64,000 bases of DNA from a candidate division WS6 bacterium OLB20 (GTDB taxonomy: Bacteria; Patescibacteriota; Dojkabacteria; B142; OLB20): the NCBI GenBank assembly GCA_001567355.1, contig JYNZ01000003.1, forward strand, positions 678,762 to 742,761, given 5' to 3'. Under the pieces are notes generated by a model. That model searched no databases. It was not told where the DNA came from and saw only the letters and a program-made list of their open reading frames with translations. The position numbers and the translations under genes are program-made. Shown one piece after another: positions 30,548 to 39,555 of the stretch (positions are counted from its first letter, which is position 1; each line of letters begins with the position of its first letter).

Positions 30548-33500
30548 TGAAGTATCTCTACGCGCTGCTTTCGTTTCTGATGATCGTACCTTTTGTACCA
30601 GTGACAGAGGTCAGGGCGCAGAGTGAGGAGGCTTCCGGTTCAGAGTTTTCAATCTCGTCTGCTCCGGCCGGCGCCGAGAAAAGTCTGGACAGTTTTGTCG
30701 TTACATTCAAGGATGAGCGCGGTTCAAAAGCCGTACACTTAAGTGGTGATGTTCCGGATACCCTGCGTACCAGTGAGACGCCGGGGTTTTTTGCAGCAGC
30801 GATGGAGTCGGGACTGGAGCGCAAGATGGACGAATACCGCAGGCGTGACGATGTTGCTTCTGTTCAGCCGAACTACATTTACAGAACAGCAGCCTGGAAG
30901 GTCGACTTTGCAAATGAAGTTGCCAACCCCTGGGATTATGGAATGGGTCCCGACGGGAACAGCCCGCTGTCAGGACAGCACTGGTACTACGAGCTCGGCG
31001 GAATCCGGGGTATGTGGTACGAGCAGGGGTGTGGAATGGGTGACCCCGACTGCGGTGGTGACCCGGATGTGACGGTTGCCGTGATCGACACGGGACTGGC
31101 ATTTGAAACTTACACAGCTCTTCTGCGAGGAGACTCTTATGCTCCCTTCCCCGGAATGTTTGACGGTGCCAAGAGGATAAGCCTGTATGAGAATATCGGT
31201 GAGGAGCCGACCGATCCTTCACCAAACAAAAATGTCAACAAGGTTGATGATGACAGCAACGGCTATCGCGATGACTACAATGGTCTGGATGCATGGGTAT
31301 ATGACTTCTGTTATCCGGTTGAGGTTGATGACCCGCCATGCACAAACCAGGAGTGGGGAGACGAGGGCCACCCGAATGATGATGTCGGGCACGGCACATT
31401 TGTAACTGGCCTCATAACAACACTGATTGATGATAATAACAACAGTCCTGTCGACTACGACAACAGTATCTCACCTGCTCACAATGTGACGATACTTCCA
31501 ATCAAGGCCAATTTTCCGCAGAGCAATTCGTTCTCGACATCCAGTCTGATCGCGGCAATAGATTACGCAATCTATGCGGATGCTGATGTGATCAACATGA
31601 GCCTGTCAGGCGGTATTGATGACAGCGCTCTGCATGCAAAGATTCAGGAGGCCGACAGCGCAGGTATTCTGGTGGTGGCAGCTTCGGGTAACAATAATTC
31701 TGCAGTAGGTTATCCTGCCCGCTACTCTGAAGTATTTGCGGTCGGTGCCGTCAACAGTAACAAATCACGTTCCTGCTACTCAAACTATGGAGCCGAGCTG
31801 GATGTTGTCGCCTATGTCGAGGATGGCGATGATACGTTCAGCTGCTACAGCGCCTCACGGACATTTGGAAAAGGAACGGCTGTCTGGCAGGGCAGTTTCC
31901 CCTGCTTCTTCAGCGATACGTGCGACGGCCTTGGCGGGGACTTTCTTAACTTTTCGATGGGACACGGTGTCGGGACATCCTTTGCAGCTCCCCAGGTGGC
32001 GGCGCTTGCTGCCGTGATACTCTCGTTTGAACCTGGCTTTTCAAATGCTCAACTGAGATCATACATCGAGGACAACGCAGACAACAGTGTCGGAATTGCC
32101 GGTGATGATGTGCTGACAGGACAGGGTGCCATTAATTTCAATGATGTGATGGAGGATATTAACGGCCTGCAGGGTGACGGCGTTCCATCCATTACAGTCA
32201 CTGATCCGGTTGGTGATAATGACAGCGCTGATACAACCTACACTGTAACCTGGGACGGAACCGATCCTGATACAGCAGAAGGCAGTATGCGCCTTAATTT
32301 CTTCCTCGACTCCGACACAAGCATGGTGTCATATATCGCCCCCCTGCCGGGATGTCAGGATGCCGATATTTCAACCGTATTAGGTTCGGGGCAGACATGT
32401 ACTGCCAATCTTTCCGGTTTTCCGAATGGTACGTATTATCTGCTCGGCTGCATCCGTGACGCATTCAGTACAAGCTGTGACCACAGCGGTTCGCTGACCG
32501 TCGGTAATTCTGATGTATCTGACAGCGGAATCACCATGGCTACAGTTGACGGCTGGAAGACGGTGAATTTTTCAACTTCATTTTCAACACCACCCGTTGT
32601 GATTGCAAACGTCTCAGACGAATACGGATCTGATATGGTCTATGTCGAAGTCCGCAATGTCACGACCGGCAGTTTTGAGGTGCTGCTCCGGGAGAACACA
32701 CGGACGGGATACAATAATCTGCACACACCGGAGGAGGTAAGCTGGTTTGCTGTTCAAAACTCCACAGACGAGATCCAGGTCGGCACCGTCGATATCGAAC
32801 GCAACCTTTCGGGCTTCAATCCTGACGGCTGGATCTGGGTTGATTTTCCGGTTGCATTTGCGACAACACCTGATGTGTACGTTACTGCCCAGGAGCAGGC
32901 TGGCGGGGATCTTGAATACGCTGACATCCGTAACGTCTCCACAACACGGTTTCAGATCCGTATGGAGGAGGCACCCGGCTATGACGGCAATCACTGGCCT
33001 GAGACATACGGATGGGTAGCCATGGAAAGTTATTCAGGCGCTGATCGCTCGGGGACCCTTTCTGCCGTAAATCACAACTGGCAGACAGTTACGTTCTCTC
33101 CGGCACTTACATATCTTCCAGCGGTCATTGCCGAAATCCAGTCAGAGAACGGCGGTGACAGCGCGCAGGTTGATATCCGTAACCTGTCCAGTACAGGATT
33201 CCAGATCAGGGTCGAAGAGGATCCGCTTTATTATGATCCCTTTCACGCGAACGAGCAGATCAAATGGTTTGCAATTGAACAGACACCTGATCTTTCATAC
33301 CTGCTGGGGACAACTTCTGTAACGCACAATAAAAACACTGTTGTGTTCGATAAGCCGTTCCCGGTCACACCAGCCATCATTGCAGACATTCAAACCGAAA
33401 ACGGCGGTGACACATCCGAGGTCGATATCCATCAGGTCTGGCGTGGAGCGTTTACGCTCAGGATTGAAGAAGACCCGAAACTGTGGGATGGCGGACATAC

Positions 33501-34094
33501 AGCAGAGACCGTCGGATATCTGGCCTATCCGCTGATGGATACCGCTGATAATCAGGAGATATACAGCGGGACCGAATTCGGATTTACGTCTGCCAATCAG
33601 AACTGGGTTCCAGTCACCTTTGAAAGCTCGTTCTCTTCGGTCCCGAAAATTTTTGCCACAATCCAGACTGAATTTGGCAGTGATACCGCAGAGGTCGACA
33701 TACGTAATATTACACAGACAGGTTTTGAAGTGAGGGTCGAGGAGGATGTGTTTGCAGGCTGGGATGGCAATCATGCCTTTGAGCGTATTGCATGGGCAGC
33801 GTTCGAAACACCGTTCAACGGTGATGCAGGGCTTGTGAGTCTTGAGCTCACCGGTATCGGTAATAACAGATGGGTTACCCTTGACGGGTCGACGACCCTG
33901 ATGCGTATGGACCCTTTGGCAGTGCGCCGGTTATCTTTTACGAGGTAAACTCCGAAAACGGCGGTCAGACCATCCAGGGTGACATCAGAAACGTCGGGCA
34001 GACATCGGTTGACGTATCGGTAGAAGAGGAGCGCAACTATGATCAGGTTCACTTCAGTGAGGATCTGGTCTGGTGGGCACTGATGGTTATTTAG
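30547..34094 (+). CDS. second paralogous S8 subtilisin / six lectin-like repeat protein (~1180 aa); last repeat displaced by a frameshift in 33885-33945
   Basis: Same S8 motifs (VAVIDTGLAF, HGTFVTGLIT, GTSFAAPQVAALAAVI). After the annotated stop, a further repeat (…FGSAPVIFYEVNSENGGQTIQGDIRNVGQTSVDVSVEEERNYDQVHFSEDLVWWAL) reads in the +2 frame to 34094. Confidence 0.75.
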
Positions 34095-34112
34095 ACAGTT
34101 AGATGAGGGGAT

Positions 34113-35654
34113 ATGACACAAAAGCAGACAATCACAGCAGCTGTCTGTGCCATCTGCACAGTCATATCCCTGGTGGTCTTCGCAGGACAGCGGCACACTG
34201 AGCCGGATGTGTCAGACAGGACGACTGAAACAGTCACCACAGATGATCCCGTTGCAGCTGACAGCAGTAAGATCGCCGGAACTTCGGCTACTGTAACTGT
34301 AACGGCAAGTGTAACTCCCGAGGTCTCACAGGCTGCAGAGGTAACCCGGAGACCCGTAGTCCCGCAGGGAGCAGAACGGACGCCGCAGAGAATCACGCCA
34401 CCTGTCCAGACTACTGACACAGGCAGCGGATCTGACACCAGCTATTCTCTCGGATCGCTCAGCGGCAGGAGGATTCATCAGTTCAGCTTTTCACAGCCGT
34501 TTACCGCTCTTGGTTTTTCATGGTCGGATGGTTCGTTTGAGTATTCCCTTGACGGTGTAGTTTTTAAGAGTCCATCTTTCAGCGATGAGCACAGGCCTGA
34601 CGGGGGAACCTACAAAAAGGCGAGTGATCTGATCTTTACTGACCGGTCACTGTCACAGCTGTTTATACGAGCTGATCAGGTACAGGGACTTGAGGTTCAT
34701 ACGATCCAGCCTGAAGCAGCTTCAGTACAGACAGCTGCCGCGACACAGAATTACACAGGAGCTCTGTTTACAACGCAAAATATCATTTCGAGAGAAAACT
34801 GGGGTGCCGATGAAAACCTTGCACCCTGGAATCCACGCTACGGTCCCGTAAGCAGACTGATTGTACATCACACTGCCGGATCTAATACTGCTACCGACTG
34901 GGCGGCAGTTGTACGGTCGATTTTCACGTATCACGCTGTATCACTGGACTGGGGTGATATCGGCTATAACTACCTGATTGATCCCAATGGAGTCGTTTAC
35001 GAAGGACGAAAAGGAGGAGACGGTGTGACAGCAGCGCACGCGTATCTGCATAATTACGGCAGCATCGGGATCTCTATGATAGGTACGTATTCCGACGGAC
35101 TGCCGACCGATGCCGCGCGGGCATCCCTGCGCAGGCTGCTTGCCGAAAAGGCCGAGGTACATAATCTCCCGCTTGCATGGGCCTCCACGGTTTACGGACA
35201 TCGCGATTTTAACAGTACCAGCTGTCCCGGAACGACACTGTACAACCAGATGCCTGTACTAACCGCAGCAGCAGATGGTGAACGTCTTGCAAATATGACG
35301 GATGTAGCAGCTGCCACTGAGGCAACAGAGGACGCCTTTGCAGACTGGTTTGCACAGACAGGACAGACGTACGGGGATCTGATCGTCACGTTCAATTACC
35401 CTGTAAGCAGTCCGCCATCGACGATAGCTGCACTCATTCCACCATACAGCGGAATAGAGGTCAGGGGGGTCGGCGGCAACAAAGCATACCTCAGGCTTAA
35501 CCGATATTATGACGAACTGGGTGAACCGATGCTGTTCCGCACCAGGTTTCTGCATACGTATTTCTCACTGAGACCTGATGTGACGTCGGTTGAGATATCG
35601 GGTGAGTATACAATCCTGCCGATTACTGTTGACCAGACTGGACAGGGGAACTGA
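34113..35654 (+). CDS. membrane-anchored N-acetylmuramoyl-L-alanine amidase (Amidase_2 / PGRP domain) with ~230-aa N-terminal extracellular region
   Basis: IVHHTAGS…DWGDIGYNYLIDPNGVVYEGRKGG…AAHA…YGSIGISMIG…GHRDF…TSCPG is the Amidase_2/PGRP zinc-amidase signature. N-terminal TM. Confidence 0.8.
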   Translation: MTQKQTITAAVCAICTVISLVVFAGQRHTEPDVSDRTTETVTTDDPVAADSSKIAGTSATVTVTASVTPEVSQAAEVTRRPVVPQGAERTPQRITPPVQTTDTGSGSDTSYSLGSLSGRRIHQFSFSQPFTALGFSWSDGSFEYSLDGVVFKSPSFSDEHRPDGGTYKKASDLIFTDRSLSQLFIRADQVQGLEVHTIQPEAASVQTAAATQNYTGALFTTQNIISRENWGADENLAPWNPRYGPVSRLIVHHTAGSNTATDWAAVVRSIFTYHAVSLDWGDIGYNYLIDPNGVVYEGRKGGDGVTAAHAYLHNYGSIGISMIGTYSDGLPTDAARASLRRLLAEKAEVHNLPLAWASTVYGHRDFNSTSCPGTTLYNQMPVLTAAADGERLANMTDVAAATEATEDAFADWFAQTGQTYGDLIVTFNYPVSSPPSTIAALIPPYSGIEVRGVGGNKAYLRLNRYYDELGEPMLFRTRFLHTYFSLRPDVTSVEISGEYTILPITVDQTGQGN

Positions 35655-36504
35655 TCTTATTAGGAACGTTGTAGTCCCAGAAGCGGGCATTCTGATTAAA
35701 CGCCTGATCCTCAAAATTGCGGAAGTAAACTATCTCGTACTCCGGTGATACTTTTATCTGAACTATGGTTTCAACCAGCTGGTTGAATTCATTAACCTTT
35801 TCGCTGCGTGCGGTCAGGATGCGTACCTGCGAGACACCACGCTGCTCGTACTCTGATGTTATTGTCTGCTGCTGCTGCAGCAGGTCAACAATATCCAGAA
35901 GCTCTGTCTGACCTGAGGGTGTGACGGTCCTTGTCTCCCATACTGGCGACCCCGAGGGTGATGAATTGAAGTACTGGCGGTTGCCGATGGTAATGGTGGC
36001 GCTTGCGCCGTTAAAGGTATACAGCTCCGGGCAGTTGGGGGGAAAGTAACGTGCCGTGTATTTTTTGTCAGGTGCGATGCCTTCGTTATAGTACCCGTAG
36101 CAGGTTGTGGACCGCAGGTCACTGTAGTCGCCCGACGCTTTGTAATAGGTTACGGCCTGTAATTCCTGTTTAAGTGTATTCAGAAAATCGCGTGCTTCGC
36201 AGTCCTGAAAACATTTCAGTAGACGTGCACGCTCCTCGTCGGGAGACTCGGTTACGATCGGTGTTGCTGTCGCGGTTGCTGTGGCTGTCGGAGTCGGAAC
36301 AACAGGTGCAGGAGTGCTGCGCTGTGAAAGAGCGCCGATAACACCGCACAGCAGAAGAACGTTACCGATGGCACTGAAGATCAGCAGTGATTTCAGATAC
36401 GACGGATCGTTGAAAATGCTTTTAAGCGTAATTCCCCCTCCTGTAGAAGGTCCCAGGATCTGTTGCTGAATTACGGGATCGGTAACCGGAGCACTAGCAG
36501 CCAT
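35623..36504 (-). CDS. hypothetical membrane-anchored extracytoplasmic protein (Thr/Pro/Ala linker, several Cys)
   Basis: ORF with one TM helix. No family recognised. Confidence 0.4.
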   Translation of the reverse strand: MAASAPVTDPVIQQQILGPSTGGGITLKSIFNDPSYLKSLLIFSAIGNVLLLCGVIGALSQRSTPAPVVPTPTATATATATPIVTESPDEERARLLKCFQDCEARDFLNTLKQELQAVTYYKASGDYSDLRSTTCYGYYNEGIAPDKKYTARYFPPNCPELYTFNGASATITIGNRQYFNSSPSGSPVWETRTVTPSGQTELLDIVDLLQQQQTITSEYEQRGVSQVRILTARSEKVNEFNQLVETIVQIKVSPEYEIVYFRNFEDQAFNQNARFWDYNVPNKISSPVQSGQQ

Positions 36505-36636
36505 AGTGTTTGTTATTTGATCCTAGTCTATCAGAATGATGGAAAGGGTTACAATGTCACCCTGTAAAAATTACAGCGATCTTTCCAGACTATTTCACGG
36601 TACGGTCACTGCCGTGAGAAGTATGATAGCAAGTTT

Positions 36637-39549
36637 GTGACTTGTCCTGAGTACGGCGTTCCTGTAAGCGCTGTTCTTTACTATACTGGTTATGTGAAAA
36701 CGAAAAAAACTGTCCAGGAACGAGACACCGGTTTAGATATGGCACGCGGCATTGCTGTGCTGCTTATGCTGTTTGCCCACAGTGTAGTATTCTTCAACTT
36801 CAATCAGAATCCGCTGTTGCGGATCATCGGTCAGTTCGGGGATATCGTTGTATTTTCAACATTTCTGTTTATCTCGGGTGCGGTTTCTTATGTCGCCTAT
36901 CTTTCAGTATCAGAAACAACCTGGAAGCAGAAGCGGGGCAGACTGCTCGCCAGGGCAGGACGTCTGCTGCTTGTATACTACCTTATCGGGATAATCGGCA
37001 GCTACAAGTACTGGCAGGGTCTGCCGGTCACCTCATTACCCCGGATACTCTTTGAGATACTCACGTTTACGCAGGTTCCCTCATACAGCGAATTCCTGAT
37101 CCCGTTTATTCTTTATGCGGTACTGTTTCTGTTCTTCCGCGGTCTGTACCGTGCAGCTGCAGAGAGTACCTGGATGGCTGTTCTGGTTAGTGTTATCGCA
37201 TACTCACTCGGCAGTATCATTCATGCGACAGTCACGCAGCTGCCTGCAGGGTTTTATACATCGTTCATTGCCGGATATTCTGACTGGTTCAGGTTCCCTG
37301 TTCTCCAGTATACGCCAGTACTGATAGCGGGCATGTACTGGAGTGCTCGTACAAAATCAGCAACTGCTGCAGGAAAGGCATGGCTGGCATTTATCTGGAC
37401 AGCCATGTGGGTGTTTATCATTATCGCATTCAATTTTAATGCCTACACGACGTCGGCTGACACAGTGGTCTATGAGCCGGGTATCTACTACTATCGCTGG
37501 CCGCCGTCAATCCAGTTTCTGATAATCGGGATTGCCTTCGCCTCTCTGGCGATGCTCGTGGTACAATTAGTCAGATCGATAGACAGGGCAGGCGTTGTAC
37601 AAGGTCCGTTGACTTTTATCGGAGCCAACGCATTCGGGTTTTATTTCTATCACATTGTTCTGCTGTACCTCTACAGGTTTGCGTTCAACAGAAGAATTGA
37701 AAACCCTTTTGCAGTAGTCGCACTCTGGCTCCTGCTTGTAGCGTTCTGCACAGCCCTGATATACCTTGTCCGTATCCTGCACTACCGTCTGCATATTGAT
37801 AAGCTACATACACGTATGAGCGAGCTGCTTAAGGGAAGAAAATCTGTTCTGCTTGTTGCTGCTGCAGCACTGTTCTTTTTACTGGTCTTTTCCTTTAATA
37901 CGATCGCGACAACAGCACCCAGATTTGAACAGGCATTCCCTCCAACTGATCCGGAGGTTGAAGGTATCTTCTTACGCACTGCAAATCCTGTCTGGTGGGA
38001 CAGCACCTACAAGTATCACCGCCGGCTCACGATCGAAAATAATAATGCCGATGTCACTGCACAGCGTGATACGCAGGCAGAGTTCAGTTTTGACCACTCA
38101 GCACTCGTAGAGCAGGGTAAAAGCCTTGCTGATGGTAGCGATCTGCGACTGATTTACTTCACGGGTGAAGGCTACCGCGTACTTTCTGCTGCTGCCTCAG
38201 GACTTAATACTTCTCAAGCCGTTATCCGTTTTCCGCTTGTCCTTGAGGTACCGCCGCTGACATCTGATGATTATTATTTCCTGTACTACGGCAATGACAG
38301 TGTATTGAGCGCGTTTAGCGAGATTCCGCAGAACGCGGCAGCACAGGTGGGGACTGTACTCGGTGAAGAAAAAGTAGCAGCTATCACTGTCTCGCTCCCG
38401 CGAAAGTGGCTGCTGCGGGGACAGGGGCTTACCGAAGAGCACACGCAGATGCCATTTACCGTTGATCTTGGTGACATCAACATCAGCGGTGATGAGGTCA
38501 GGGTTGCTGTACAGGGCCGAGAGATTAAATCGCTGACTGCCTCCAGGACAAGGGACAATCTCTTCACTGTGATGCTTGACGGCAGTGATTTTCAGCCCGG
38601 CAGGTATACACTTGTGGCCAGCACTCCTGATGGTGCGTTTGAGAGCGCAACGACAGAGTTTAATGTCTCCTATCCGCTCTATGTGACCTGGAGCATCGAC
38701 TATGAGGGTTTTGATGTCAGCAAGCAGTACCTTGATGCGATGATCGCTATATCGGAGAAGTACGACATGCCGGTTACACACCTGTTCAATCCACGTATCT
38801 TTATTGCCGGTGAAGTCAGCAGGGCTCGTGCGTCAGAACTTGTAGCCTGGGTCCTTAACCGCGAAACGCAAGGAGATGAGATCGGACTGCATCTTCACAT
38901 GCACACCGACATGGTCCGCGCTGCCGGTCTGACTCCCCATGAGGAGCCACGGTGGGGCGGTCGTGTTAACGGTCATGATGTTCTGACAACAAACTATAAT
39001 TACCAGGAGTTTGATCAGCTGATCAAATGGAGTCTTGATCAGTTCTCAAAAAACGGTCTTCCCAGACCGATCACCTTCAGAGCTGGCGGGTGGTTTATTG
39101 ATGAGGAAAATCTGCAGGTCCTTGCCGATAACGGTTTCAGAGTTGACACATCGGGACGTGAGTTTCTGATTTACGGTCCCAATGAGATCCCTCATGTCTG
39201 GAATCTTGAGATCACAACCCGGCCGTTTAAACCGTCAGTTAGCGACCAGAACTCGGATACACCTCCTCAGATTGATATCTGGGAATTCCCTAACAACGGA
39301 CTTGATTCCACCAACAACCCGGGTAGTTTCCTTATTGACCGGTTTAATGCAAACTATACGGGCGGAACATTACGCGAGGCACAGACTGTATCGTATATGA
39401 GTCACCCGCACTGGTTTAATATCTACGATAATCCTAAAATGTATGCACTGCTGGATCATGTCGAGAATTTTGCATTCAAGAACGACAAGGGTCCCGTACT
39501 ATATGTTACACACGAACAGGCCCTCAGGGGCTGGGAACTCCCGACATAA
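36637..39549 (+). CDS. fusion protein: acyltransferase-3 (OafA/YrhL-like, ~10 TM) N-terminal domain + beta-rich middle region + CE4/NodB-like polysaccharide deacetylase-like C-terminal domain
   Basis: DMARGIAVLLMLFAHS…GDIVVFSTFLFISG (Acyltransferase_3 start). C-terminal WSIDYEGFD / HLHMHTD / ITFRAGGW resemble CE4 motifs TFDDG / HxxxH / RxPxG. Confidence 0.55.
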   Translation: MTCPEYGVPVSAVLYYTGYVKTKKTVQERDTGLDMARGIAVLLMLFAHSVVFFNFNQNPLLRIIGQFGDIVVFSTFLFISGAVSYVAYLSVSETTWKQKRGRLLARAGRLLLVYYLIGIIGSYKYWQGLPVTSLPRILFEILTFTQVPSYSEFLIPFILYAVLFLFFRGLYRAAAESTWMAVLVSVIAYSLGSIIHATVTQLPAGFYTSFIAGYSDWFRFPVLQYTPVLIAGMYWSARTKSATAAGKAWLAFIWTAMWVFIIIAFNFNAYTTSADTVVYEPGIYYYRWPPSIQFLIIGIAFASLAMLVVQLVRSIDRAGVVQGPLTFIGANAFGFYFYHIVLLYLYRFAFNRRIENPFAVVALWLLLVAFCTALIYLVRILHYRLHIDKLHTRMSELLKGRKSVLLVAAAALFFLLVFSFNTIATTAPRFEQAFPPTDPEVEGIFLRTANPVWWDSTYKYHRRLTIENNNADVTAQRDTQAEFSFDHSALVEQGKSLADGSDLRLIYFTGEGYRVLSAAASGLNTSQAVIRFPLVLEVPPLTSDDYYFLYYGNDSVLSAFSEIPQNAAAQVGTVLGEEKVAAITVSLPRKWLLRGQGLTEEHTQMPFTVDLGDINISGDEVRVAVQGREIKSLTASRTRDNLFTVMLDGSDFQPGRYTLVASTPDGAFESATTEFNVSYPLYVTWSIDYEGFDVSKQYLDAMIAISEKYDMPVTHLFNPRIFIAGEVSRARASELVAWVLNRETQGDEIGLHLHMHTDMVRAAGLTPHEEPRWGGRVNGHDVLTTNYNYQEFDQLIKWSLDQFSKNGLPRPITFRAGGWFIDEENLQVLADNGFRVDTSGREFLIYGPNEIPHVWNLEITTRPFKPSVSDQNSDTPPQIDIWEFPNNGLDSTNNPGSFLIDRFNANYTGGTLREAQTVSYMSHPHWFNIYDNPKMYALLDHVENFAFKNDKGPVLYVTHEQALRGWELPT

Positions 39550-39555
39550 TCTGAT

